A DNA stretch of 41,381 bases, taken from the NCBI GenBank assembly GCA_038087875.1, contig JAXLNO010000396.1:124001-165381 (forward strand), read 5' to 3'. Of this stretch, positions 11,677-22,967 are shown in pieces; the first letter of the stretch is position 1; every line of letters begins with the position of its first letter. Source of the stretch: Malacoraja senta (lineage: Eukaryota). The translations under genes and the position numbers were made by a program. The notes under the pieces are model-generated. The model did no database searches. It was not told the origin of the DNA and saw only the letters and a list, made by a program, of their open reading frames with translations.

Positions 11677-12257
11677 GTACAATCAGCAGGGATCTGACTC
11701 CCAATCAGCTGCTTTCAAGGCGTGAAAAGCCACGAAAATTCAAGACTTCAAGCTGGTGTGACTTTGGTGGTGGAGGGATGGAGAGAGAGCGAGCGCAGGT
11801 GTACTTGAAGTTAAAGAAAGCTATATTCATACTTGACCAAGAAGGAATGGATGACATTTCAGGTCAAGACCCTTCTTCATTGACAAAATTGATGTGCAGT
11901 GGGATCTTAGGGTCCAGGTTCTCATCTCACTGAAGGAGGCAGTATGAGTAGATAGGGTGCGTGGCGTTGAAAGAGAGCCGGGCTCGGCAGTGACCACTCC
12001 GACATTCACAATAACACGGTGAACTCAGGTGCTTTATTCTATTTACAGTGGCAAAAATGTCCAGGATGCGCTGTCCCTCCAACAGAGCGCATATGTGAAG
12101 ATGCTGGCGATCTGTGGCTGAGTGAGTTTGCTGTCGACACCAAGACTGGAGGTGTTGCAGATTGTGAGGAAGCTGTCGGAAGATACGGCGGGATGAAGAT
12201 CAGATGCAGAAATGGGCAGAGAAATGGGCGGAGAAATGGCAGGTAGATAAAAAACCT

Positions 12258-12760
12258 CTATGGAGGTACGGAGTGAAGGAAATAGGGAACGTTTCGGGCC
12301 GAAACCCTTCTTCAGACTGATGTTGGGTGGTGGGGAGGGGGGGCGGAAGAAGAAAGGAAGAGGAGGAGTCAGAGGGCTGAGGGAGAGCTGAGAAGGGGAG
12401 GAGACAGTAAGGGCTACCTGAAATTGGAGAAGTCAACGTTCATGCCGATGGGGTATAAACTGCCCAAGCAAAATATGAGGTGCTGCTCCTACAATTTCCG
12501 GTTGTCCTCACTCTGGCCATGGAGGAGACCCAGGACAGAAAGGTCGGATTCGGAATGGGAGGGGGACTTGACGTGCTGAGCCACCGAGAGATCAGGTTGC
12601 TTATTGCGGACAGAGCGGAAGTGTTCGGCGAAGCGATCATCAAGCCTACACTTGGTCTCATCGATGTAGATCAGCTGACATGTAGAACAGCGGATGCAAT
12701 AGATGAGGTTGTAGGAGGTGCAGGTGAACCTCGGTCGCACCTGGAATGGCTGCTTGGGCA
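12258..12760 (-). mobile_element. Penelope-like element fragment with GIY-YIG endonuclease and terminal region
   Basis: ORF 12489-12740: FTCTSYNLIYCIRCSTCQLIYIDETKCRLDDRFAEH...VAQH (NLIY...YIGET-type motif, degenerate). Confidence 0.85.
12285..12322 (-). ncRNA. Putative minimal hammerhead ribozyme core in a PLE terminus
   Basis: Minus strand reads CUGAAGA-A-GGGU(UUCG)GCCC-GAAACGUU; both conserved core boxes and stem II are present; stem I not established by eye. Confidence 0.55.
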
Positions 12761-12829
12761 GAGTTTAAACTGAGCAAGTGTGAGGTGTTGCACTTTGGGA
12801 GGTTGAAGGCACAAGGAAAGAGTGTCGTT

Positions 12830-13025
12830 TTTCAGTTTAGTTTAGAGATACAGCGTGGAAACTATCCTACATACACTGGGGATAATTTACATTATACGAA
12901 GCCAATTAACCTGCAAACTGTACCTCTTTGGTGTGGGTGGAAAACGAAGATCTCAGGGAAAACACACACAGGTCACGAGAAGAACGCACAAACTCCGTAC
13001 AGACAGGCACCCATATTCAGGATCC
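12830..13025 (-). mobile_element. SINE fragment (V-SINE/HE1-like) with CR1-type tail
   Basis: TTTAGTTTAGAGATACAG tail and GCCAATTAACC...GGTCAC..GAGAACG..CAAACTCCGTACAGAC body; related copy at 22625-22830. Confidence 0.65.
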
Positions 13026-13190
13026 TGTGATCTTCGAAGGAGGAGTTGTGGTGATCACAGTTCTGCAGTTCACATTTGGCTTAAGCAGTGCTGACAGTGC
13101 AGATTTCTCCCGGGGGGCTCAAATATGAGCTTGAATAAGTGATGATAGCAGAATATCCTGGTGGCCAGTCTTTGCCAGTGTGTGTGTGCG

Positions 13191-14020
13191 TGTCTTTGAA
13201 CTTGTCAGCATCCTGGAAAACCAAACATTGTACCTGATACACTTTGGTGCATAATGTGTAATCATCAGATATTAATTCCAAAACAGATTTTAAAATATCA
13301 ATTGTTTATTTAGTACAAGACAATTCCAGGATAAAGTGTCAACAACTTAAAATAAAGGGTAGCTTCTTCAGGATAGAAATTAGATATTTCTTCACTCAGA
13401 ATATTTTTCATGGGTTGAAAAAAATGCTGTTAATTGCATTCGAGCAAGATCAACATATAATTGATTCTAAGAAGTAATAAACCATATCACAGTAAGAGAG
13501 GAAACTGCATTTAAAGTGCAGGTCAGGCATGATCTGCCCAAAAGGTCCAGACCCAAAATGGTGCCTGTCATTATTCAAGATTGCAGCTTCCAGCCAACAG
13601 GCATTAGTGGCTACATTTGTGGCAATTAAGACAGTGACTATCATGGGCTTCCCCCACACCGACGTCAGGAGCAGGCGAGCAGCACCCAGTGGCTGCTGCA
13701 AAACCACGAATGGAAGAAATAATACATTGTTGGAGATAATTAGCAAGCCAGGCAGCATCTGTGGAGGGAGAAACTGGGTGAATGTTTCAGGTTAATATTC
13801 TTTCCTCAAAACTGGGGAAAGTTGTCAGATGGATACAGAAAACAAGAAGGATGAGGAAGGTGGTCTGAATGGCTTCCCAGATCAAGATTACTGTCAGTGA
13901 TCCACTCCAGAGCCCACTCCTCACTGACACCGATTCCTAGGGTTGTGATGGTCTGAGGAGGAGAAGGAGCAGCAGCATCTTCCCCGCTCCCAGACCCCAG
14001 AGAGGACCCGCTATTTATAG
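13191..14020 (-). pseudogene. Inverted partial duplicate of the PRDM9-like 5' region (TATA, intron 1, start of the KRAB exon)
   Basis: Reverse complement aligns with 14189-14201, 14515-15028 and 17922-18047; contains TTCCAG/GATGCTGACAAGTTCAAAGAC (DADKFKD). Confidence 0.85.
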
Positions 14021-14215
14021 CCCCCGCTCTGCCCCGTCTCCCCCCGGGCCATTGGCGGCAACAAACAAAGGGGCGGAGCCGAGCGCAGAGAGCGGCGCAG
14101 GCGCACTGGCGAGAGAGCCGGTGGGGGGGGGGCACACGCACTGACGTTGACGTTGTCGTCAAGTCCCGCCTCCGCCAACGGCCGGGTCTATAAATAGCGG
14201 GAGCGAGGACGAGGC
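14000..14215. promoter_or_regulatory. GC/CpG-rich, probably bidirectional promoter with two divergent TATA boxes
   Basis: TATAAATAG on - at 14011-14019 and on + at 14189-14197; CCAAT (-) ~14051; GGGCGG ~14071; TGACGT twice at ~14142-14153. Confidence 0.75.
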
Positions 14216-14436
14216 AGCTGTTGGTTATTGGAGGCGGGCGCGAGGTTGGTTTCAGTGACGTGGGGTTTAGTCGAGGCCAGTCGAGGTCTGGTCGTGAGGA
14301 GCAGTTTGATCGTGAGGTATCGTCGAGGCGACGCTTCAATGATCGAGGGGTTTAGTCGGTGTCTAGGTGAGGAGAAGTGGGAGTCTGAGCTCAGGAAGGG
14401 AGACCCTCAGGAGGAACTGCTGAAGGAGACGAGACC

Positions 14437-14460
14437 ATGTCTGGGACGCAGGGCTCCGAG
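14437..14460 (+). CDS. PRDM9: PRDM9-like first coding exon (MSGTQGSE)
   Basis: GAGACC-ATG context; donor GAG/GTGAGA; ends in phase 0, matching the KRAB exon; lies downstream of the + TATA box. Confidence 0.65.
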
Positions 14461-15025
14461 GTGAGACTCCAGGGAGCTTTGACATGGAGAGCGGGCAGAC
14501 GATGCCCCATAAATGTCCTCTCTCTCCGGGGCCTGGGAACGGGCAAGATGCTGTTGCTCCTTCTCAGACCATCACAGTCCCAGAGATTGGTGTCAGTGAG
14601 GAATGGATGAGTTAGTTCCGTGGGCTCTGGAGTGGATCACTGACATTAATATTGATCTGGGACTGAGGCCATTCAGACCATCTCCATCATCCTTCTAGTT
14701 TGTCTCCATCTGACAACTTTCCCCAGCTGCGAGGAAAGAATATTAAGCTGAAACATTCACTCAGCTTCTACCTCCACAGCTGCTGCCTGGCCTGCTGAAT
14801 ATCTCTGACAATTTATTCATTTTTACAATAGTGGTTTTGCAGCAGTTTACTTGTTGGAATCGATAATGTTTTGATCTTGCTGGAATGCAATTAAAAGCTG
14901 ATTTATTTCAACCCTAGAAAAAAACCGTATTATATTCTGAGTGAAGAAATATCTCATTTCTATCCTGAAGATGTTACTCTTTAATTTTAAGTTGTCATTT
15001 TTTAAATCCTGGAATTCTCCTGTAT

Positions 15026-17921
15026 TAATGTGCAGATAGCGATTAATGACTATGATATAGTTGGGATCACGGAGACATGGCTCCAGGGTGACTAAGGCTG
15101 GGAGCTGAACATCCAGGGATATTCAATATTCAGGAGGGATAGACAGAAAGGAAAAGGAGGTGGGGTAGTATTGCTGGTTAGAGAGGAGATTAACGCAATA
15201 GAAAGAAAGGACATTAGCTTGGAGGATATGGAATCAATATGGGTAGAGCTGCGAAACACTAAGGGGCAGAAAACGCTAGTGGGAGTTGTGCACAGGCCAC
15301 CTAACAGTAATAGTGGAGTTGGGGATGGCATCAAACAGGAAATTAGAAATGCGTGCAACAAAGATAAAACAGTTATAATGGGTGACTTCAATCATATAGA
15401 TTGGGTGAATCAAATTGGCAGGGGTTCTGAGGAAGTGGATTTCTTGGAATGTATGCGGGATAGTTTTCTAAACTAACATGTAGAGGAACCAACGAGAGAG
15501 CAGGCTATTCTAGTCTGGGTATTGAGTAATGAGGAAGGGTTAGTTAGCAGTCTTGTTGTGCGTGGCCCCTTGGGCAAGAGTGACCATAATATGTTCTAGA
15601 TGCTGCTGCACCCGCTGAGTTTCTCCAGCATTTTTGTGTACCAGTGACCATAATATGGTTGTGTTCTTCATTAGGATGGAGAGTGACATAATTAATTCAG
15701 AAACAAGGGTTCTGAACTTAAAGAAAAGTAACTTTGAGGGTATCAGACGTGAATTCGCCAAGATAGACTGGCAATTGATTCTTAAAGGGTTGACGGTGGA
15801 TATTCAATGGAAGGCATTTAAAGGCTGCATGGATGAACTACAACAATTGTTCCTCCCAGTTTGGCAAAAGAATAAATCAGGGAAGGTAGCGCATCCGTGG
15901 ATAACAAGGGAAATCAGGGATAGTATCAAAACAAAAGATGAAGCATATAAATTAGCCAAAATGAGCAGCCTACCAGAGGACTGGGAGGAATTCTGAGTCC
16001 AGCAGAGGAGGACAAAGGGCTTAATTAGGAAAGGGAAAATAGATTATGAAAGAAAATTTGCAAGGAACATAAAAACTGACTGCAAACGTTTTTATAGATA
16101 TGTGAAGAGAAAAAGATTAGTTAAAACAAATGTAGGTCCCTTGCAGTCAGAAACAGGTGAATTGATCATGTGGAACAAGGACATGGCAGACCAATTGAAT
16201 AACTACTTTTGTTCTGTCTTCACTAAGGAAGACTTAATTAATCTGCCGGATATAGCAGGGGACCGCGGGTCAAATGAAATGGAGGAACTGAGTGAAATCC
16301 AGGTTAGCCGGGAAGTGGTGTTAGGTAACTTGAATGGATTAAAGGCCTATAAATCCCCAGGGCCAGATAGGCTGCATCCCAGAGTACTTAAGGAAGTAGC
16401 CCCAGAAATAGTGGATGCATTAGTGATAATTTTTCAAAACTCTTTAGATTCTGGAGTAGTTCCTGAGGATTGGAGGGTAACCCCACTTTTTAAAAAGGGA
16501 GGGAGAGAGAAAACGGTGAATTACAGACCAGTTAGTCTAACATCGGTAGTGGGGAAACTGCTAGAGTCAGTTATTAAAGATGGGATCGCAGCACATTTGG
16601 AAAGTGGTGAAATCATTGGACAAAGTCAGGATGGATTTATGAAAGGTAAATCATGTCTGACGAATCTTATAGAATTTTTTGAGGATGTAACTAGTAGAGT
16701 GGATAAGGGAGAACCAGTGGATGTGTTATATCTGGACTTTCAGAAGGCTTTCAACAAGGTCCCACGTAAGAGATTAGTATACAAACTTAAAGCACACGGT
16801 ATTGGGGGTTCACTATTGATGTGGATAGAGAACTGGCTGGCAGACAGGAAGCAAAGAGTAGGAGTTAACTGGTCCTTTTCAGAATGGCAGGCAGTGACTA
16901 GTGGGGTACGGCAAGGCTCAGTGCTGGCACCCCAGCTTTTTACAATATATATTAATGATTTAGACGAGGGAATTGAATGCAACATCTCCAAGTTTGCGGA
17001 TGACACGAAGCTGGGGTCAATGTTAGCTGTGAGGAGGATTCTAGGAGGCTGCAAGATAACTTGGATAGGCTGGGTGTGTGGGCAAATGCATGGCAGATGC
17101 AGGATAATGTGGATAAATGTGAGGTTATCCACTTTGGTGGCTAAAACAGGAAAGTAGACTACTACCTGAATGGTGGCCGATTAGGAAAAGGGGAGATGCA
17201 ACGAGACCTGGGTGTCATGGTACACCAGTCATTGATAGCAGGCATGCAGGTGCAGCAGGCAGTGAAGAAAGCGAATGGTATGTTAGCATTCATAGCAAAA
17301 GGATTTGAGTATAGGAGCAGGGAGGTTCTACTGCAGTTGTACAGGGTCTTGGTGAGACCACACCTGGAGTATTGCATGCAGTTTTGGTCTCCTAATCTGA
17401 GGAATGACATTCTTGCCATAGAGGGAGTACAGAGAAGGTTTACCAGACTGATTCCTGGGATGTCAGGAATTTCATATGAAGAAAGACTGGATAGACTCGG
17501 CATGTACTCGCTAGAATTTAGAAGATTGAGGGGGGATCTTATAGAAATTTACAAAATCCTTAAGGGGTTGGACAGGCTAGATGCAGGAAGATTGTTCCCA
17601 ATGTTGGGGAAGTCCAGAACAAGGGGTCACAGTTTAAGGATAAAGGGGAAATCTTTTAGGACTGAGATGAGAAAAACATTTTTTACACAGAGAGTGGTGA
17701 ATCTCTGGAATTCTCTGCCACAGAATGTAGTTGAGGCCAGTTCATTGGCTATATTTAAGAGGGAGTTAGATGTGGCCCTTGTGGCTAAAGGGAGCAGGGG
17801 GTATGGAGAGCAAGCAGGTACAGGATACTGAGTTGGATGATCAGCCATGATCATATTGAATGTCGGTGCAGGCTCGAAGGGCCGAATGGCCGAACTCCTG
17901 CACCTATTTTCTATGTTTCTA
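15026..17921 (+). mobile_element. 5'-truncated CR1 LINE of the same family as 7423-11713, disrupted; in intron 1
   Basis: ORF pieces 15171-15476, 15634-15996, 16102-17157 and 17196-17831 closely match ORF2 of the first copy; TTTCTATG tail; TGTATTAA at both junctions. Confidence 0.95.
15594..15642 (+). mobile_element. 49-bp PLE terminal fragment with 15-bp TSD
   Basis: AGTGACCATAATATG at 15579-15593 and 15643-15657 flanks AGATGCTGCTGCACCCGCTGAGTTTCTCCAGC, which matches the PLE end at 22395-22525. Confidence 0.85.
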
Positions 17922-18025
17922 TGTATTAAATAAAAAAGGATATTTTTAAATCTGTTTTTGAATTAATATCTGATGATTGCAGATTATGCACCAAAATGTA
18001 TCAGGTACAATGCTTGTGTTTCCAG

Positions 18026-18149
18026 GATGCTGACCATTGTGACGACATTGCTGGCTATTTTCCCAATGAAGAGCTTGAAGAAATAATTGACTTGGAGAAG
18101 CGCCGTCGTAGGAACGTGAAGCTGAATTATGAAGCCATGCTTGCCATTG
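18026..18149 (+). CDS. PRDM9: PRDM9-like KRAB exon (124 bp)
   Basis: TTCCAG/...ATTG/GTTTGT; DADHCDDIAGYFPNEELEEIIDLEKRRRRNVKLNYEAMLAIG resembles the PRDM9 KRAB (DAFKDISIYFTKEEW...EKTRYRNVKRNY..LITIG, from memory). Confidence 0.9.
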
Positions 18150-18282
18150 GTTTGTACACAATATTATATAACTTTTTTGTCCTTTTCTCATGATGCATGC
18201 TGACATAAGTTGTTTTCCTCACATGAAAACTAAATTAATATGTGGTTTCTGAGACCAGGACCTTGGTTAGATCCTTCTATTT

Positions 18283-18540
18283 CAAGTTCAAGATGCATTT
18301 ATTGTCACATACACCAATTGGTGCAGTGAAATTTGAATTACAATACTATAGAATTTAACATGAAGTGTCTGGGAAACAGTTTCCCCTATTTCCACCCCCC
18401 CCCCCAACACCCCCCACATAAAAAAGACTAAAAGACTTCCAAAAAATATACTTTTTGACAGACTAAAAATAACAAAAAGGGTGAAAGGACGGACAGCTGC
18501 TGGCGAGGCTGCCACACTCGATGGCGCCACCACTCGGTCA
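18283..18540 (-). mobile_element. Short non-autonomous retroelement remnant related to 31542-32135
   Basis: Shares CCCCCCACATAAAA...AAAAATAACAAAAA...GACAG..GGCG with 32010-32130; AATAAA plus short tail on -. Confidence 0.5.
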
Positions 18541-19484
18541 CTCCATAGGTTTACTTTGACAATATATCTGAGGATATTGAACATTCCTGTTCTTTGATAA
18601 CATCACTTCTATTGGCTTCATCTTGAACACTTACAGCCATGAATCCCTGGTGATTTCGTTCTCTGAAATCAATTCATTGAAATGCACTGTTATTTATCTC
18701 CATAATGCACTGGAGTTTTTTGTGGTAAGACTTCTATAACAACATATCCCAAACCTGTGGCCTCTACACCATAAAGATTGAGTGCAATGGGTGCATGGAA
18801 GCACAACATTCTCCACGTTCTGCTCCATATCACACAAGGGGCAATATGGAAAGAACAGGAAATGCCCGCTCTGCCTGTGATGCACTCATTCTTTAGATCA
18901 ATAAACAAATGTCTGAAAGATAATGTTTAGAATTAAATGTTGCTGTATCTGTTCCTGTGTCCATTTGTATGTGCACACACACTGGTCATTGGAAAATTGG
19001 AAAGCTCCCAAGACATAAACTCCTGCCTGAGATATTAATGCCTTATGAAGTCAAGGTGTGTCAACCTGTAAGATTTGTATTGCCACTTTTGATGAAATGA
19101 GCACACCCAGCAGACTTGTGATTAGTCCCAGATTATTGGCAGCAGGATTTGTACAGTTTTGCTTCTAATTACTATTTCCTCCTGGTGAGGTTCCTTACCA
19201 TCATTCAAAAATTCCCATCAGTGATCTCAAATTGGACTATACAATCAATACCAAAGCTTGGTCATTCAGAAGATGGTGACCATGGATAATACAAACCCAT
19301 ATACATTGGGGCCCAGTTATGCTTTTTAATGTTGTAACTAGTCACAGTCCTGAAATCAGAAATTGGACAGAGATCAATATTCGCATTGATGAAGAGGAGG
19401 ATTGCTCTGGTTTTTCATTATTCAATCCATTTACCCAACCATGGCACAAAGTGTCACTGTCAGTACAGGCAGCAATAATGAGCC

Positions 19485-20241
19485 ATTATTATCTAAATGG
19501 TGTCAAGTTGGGAAAAGGAGAAGTACAACGGGATCTGGGGGTCCTTGTTCATCATTCAATGAAAGTAAGCATTCTGGTACAGCAGGCAGGGAAGAAAGCG
19601 AATTATATGTTGACCGTCACAACAAGAGGAGGAGTATAGAACCAAAGAGGTCCCTTCTGCAGCTGTACAGAGCCCTAGTGAGACCATACCTGGAGCATTG
19701 TGTGCAGTTTTGGTCTCCAAATTTGAGGAAGGACATTCTTGCTATTGAGAGATTGCAGTGTAGGTTCACAAGATTAATTCATGGGACGGCGGGACACGTA
19801 TGCTGAGAGAATGGAGCGGCTGGGCTTTATACACTGGAATTTAGAAGGATGAGGGGGAATCTTATTGAAACATAAGATTATTAAGGGTTTGGACACGCTA
19901 GAGGTAGGAAACCTGTTCCTGATGTTGGGGGAGTCCAGAACCAGGGGCACAGTTTAAAAATAAGGGGTAATCCATTTAGAACAGAGATAGGGAAACACTT
20001 TTACACACAGAGAATTACGAGTGTGGAATTCTCTGCCTCAGAGGGCGGTGGAAGCGGTTTCTCTGGAAACTTTCAAGAAAGAGCTAGATAGGGCTCTTGA
20101 AGATAGCGGAATCAGGGGATATGGGGAGAAGGCAGGAACGGGGGTACTGATTGTGGACGATCAGCCATGATCATATTGAATGGCGGTGCAGGCTTGAAGG
20201 GCCGTATGGCCTACTCCTGCACCTATTGTCTATTGTCTATT
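19485..20241 (+). mobile_element. CR1 3' fragment
   Basis: YYLNGVKLGKGEVQRDLGV, LYRALVRPYLEHCVQFWSP; 3' hairpin region and CTATTGT tail. Confidence 0.9.
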
Positions 20242-20577
20242 ACTTTAAACCAGGAGGAATGGAAAGAAGGATTCTGATCTATTCCACTTACCACAGAGAT
20301 GAGTGAAACTGAAAGATTGGTCATTGCGATTTCTGACCCGGAACTATACACATACTCATCCATCTTATTCAGGGCTGCCAACATTGGGTGAGAGTTGAGA
20401 GTGAGAAATTGCGAGGGAGTGTAGTGACCGGGGGGGGGGAGGGTGTGGGAGGGGGGTGTTCCCCCTCCCACGGTACGGAGCTTTTGCATTTTTCAGCTTG
20501 AAATTGTGCAATCTGGTGCATACTGTAGCGAGCCTTTTAAGTTGCATTTGAATGCAACATTTATGCTTTAAATTGGA

Positions 20578-22163
20578 CCCTCCAGTTAGAGGAGGTAAAG
20601 CGGTCCCTGAGAACTGTTAATGCTAGTAAGGCTGCTGGCCCGGATGAGATCCCAGGCAGGATGCTCCGGGACTGTGCTCACCAGCTCGCGGGGGTATTCA
20701 CACACATTTTTAACCTTTCCCTAGCACACTCCTCCGTGCCAACGTGCCTGAAAACCACCACTATCATCCCGATGCCCAAGCAGACAAACATCAACTCCCT
20801 CAATGACTACAGGCCCGTTGCTCTTACATCTGTAGTCTCCAAGTGCTTTGAAAGGCTCGTCCTAGGTCACCTTAAATTATCTCTTCCCCCCCTCACTCGA
20901 CCCACACCAGTATGCATATAGGGCTAATAGATCTACAGAGGATGCCATAAACACTGTCCTCCATGCTGCACTACAACACCTAGAGGAGAAAGGGTCATAT
21001 GTCAGGATGCTTTTTGATGATTACAGCTCAGCTTTTAATACAATCATACCCAGCAAGCTGATCACAAAAATGCTAGACCTTGGCCTCAGCAGTCAACTGT
21101 GTCGGTGGATATTGGACTTTCTCAGTGAACGCCCACAGACGGTGAGACTTGGACCCTACACCTCGACATCCCTGACCCTCAGCACAGGAGCACCGCAGGG
21201 CTGTGTGCTCAGTCCGCTCCTCTACGCCCTATACACACATGACTGCTTGCCCCATCACCCCGCAAATAGGATCATAAAATTTGCGGACGATACAACCGTG
21301 GTGGGGCTCATCTCAAATGGGAACGAGGTCGCCTATAGAGAGGCGGTGCACAGTCTTTCTGAGTGGTGTGCTCACAACAATCTCTCTCTGAACACTAAAA
21401 AGACAAAGGAGATCATTACTGATTTCAGGCGACATAGAGCGGAGCTCAGGCCACTGGAGATAGGGGGCGAGGAGGTGGAGAGGGTGCCTAGTTTTAAATT
21501 TCTGGGGATCAACATCAGTGAGGATCTTAAATGGTCTGTGAAGTCTGCTGTAGTTGTAAAAAAGGCGCAACATAGACTTTACTTTCTCAGAACACTGAGG
21601 AAGGCCCATCTGTCTGCTAAACTGCTGGAGTCTTTCTACCGCTGTTCGGTAGAAAGCATACTGACTTACTGCATAACTGCCTGGTTTGGGAACTGTTCAG
21701 CAGCTGACAGAGCAGCTCTCCAGACGGTGATAAAAACTGCCCAGGGTATCATTGGACTCCCCCCTGCCCCCTCTGGAGGACATTTACCACTCCAGATGCC
21801 GCAGCAGGACCTGTAATATCGTGAAAGACATTACACATCCTTGTCACCACCTTTTCACACTGCTGCCCTCAGGAAAAAGGTACAGGTCGCTAAAGTCACG
21901 CACTGCCAGACTCAAGAACAGCTTTTACCCATCAGCAATCTTGGAACTGAACTCTGTCTCGGGAGCGGGTTATGAGGAAGGAGGGGGGTGAGAGACAGTG
22001 TTAATTTATGTAAATGTGAATCCATGGGTGGGTTTGGGGAGGGAGGGAGTGTAAAAAGTTTGAGTATGTGAATGTTTGAGTTCTTTTAAATGGAGAGACA
22101 CAGTAATCTTGTTGAATGTGACACATGCAATAACAATAAAGCATTCTGATTCTGATTCTGATT
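20578..22163 (+). mobile_element. 5'-truncated Rex1/Babar-like LINE (RT frameshifted)
   Basis: [55 protein letters not shown]; ends AATAAA plus (ATTCTG)n. Confidence 0.88.
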
Positions 22164-22394
22164 AGGGATGAATAAGGTTAGGCTAAATTACATTCCTAAT
22201 TACATTCCACAATAGAGCCAGGCTCTGATCAACAGGTGCAGCACATATATTCATATATGTATTCATATATGGAAATCAGATTATATTCATGCTGTTATGT
22301 ATATATATATATATATAGAGAGAAAAACTCAGAGAAACAAAGCAAAAGTCAGACTTCCATCACTGTTCTGCACAAATAAATCAATCAACCTTGT

Positions 22395-22525
22395 TGAAGA
22401 AGGAACTACAGATGCTGGAGAATCGAAGGTAGACAAATTTCTGGAGAAACTCAGCGGGTGCAGCAGAATCTATGGAGCGAAGGAAATAGGCAACTTTTCG
22501 GGCCAAAACCCTTCTTCAGACGGTT
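22395..22525 (-). mobile_element. PLE terminal fragment with degenerate hammerhead core
   Basis: Minus strand GTCTGAAGAAGGGTTTTGGCCCGAAAAGTTGCC followed by the same tail as the other PLE ends. Confidence 0.7.
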
Positions 22526-22624
22526 TAAACCTTACCCTTTGAATATAGAAACAAGACGAAAATAATGCCACATATTCAATCATATATGGTTCAATGAAAT
22601 TAAGATATATATGTAAAAATATAT

Positions 22625-22830
22625 ACGGAAACAGGCCCTTCCGCCCACAAAGTCCACACCGACCAGCAATCTATCATACACCAATTCCATCCATCACGCC
22701 AGGGACAATTTACAGAAGCCAATTAACCTACAAACCTGCACTTCTTTCGTATATGGGAGAAACCGGAATATCCAGAGAAAACCCATGTGGTAGAAAGGCA
22801 GCAACTCTACCATTGCGCCACCGTGCCACC
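22625..22830 (-). mobile_element. SINE fragment (V-SINE/HE1-like)
   Basis: GGAAACAGGCCCTT tail and GAAGCCAATTAACCTACAAACC body shared with 12830-13025. Confidence 0.6.
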
Positions 22831-22967
22831 GCATTCAATTATTTTTTCTGTAATATATTTATTATGGTGTCACGTGAATAAAGATGAACACATGATTCTG
22901 ATTTCTGCCCTTAGTTGGATAACACACGTCCAGTCATTGTGTTTTATGGTTGGTTTTCAACCTCTTC

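Larger units (their letters stand above)
7423..11713 (-). mobile_element. Near full-length CR1 LINE
   Basis: ORF1 remnants plus APE-RT ORF2; 3' tail of 8-nt units (CATAGATA on +); flanked by identical 29-mers at 7394-7422 and 11714-11742. Confidence 0.95.
12120..12810 (+). mobile_element. Old CR1 RT fragment split by a Penelope-like insertion
   Basis: EFAVDTKTGGV...WAEKWQ before ~12246 and EFKLSKCEVLHFGR after 12761 are consecutive CR1 RT motifs. Confidence 0.65.

Noticed and set aside
13160..13192. THTHTGKDWP on - resembling a C2H2 linker (HTGEKP)
   Set aside because: Arises from a CA microsatellite; no flanking Cys/His finger pattern.
13806..14464. ORFs of 177 aa (-) and 78 aa (+) across the promoter
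   Set aside because: GC-rich stop-poor sequence with no recognisable domain; better explained as promoter and 5' UTR.
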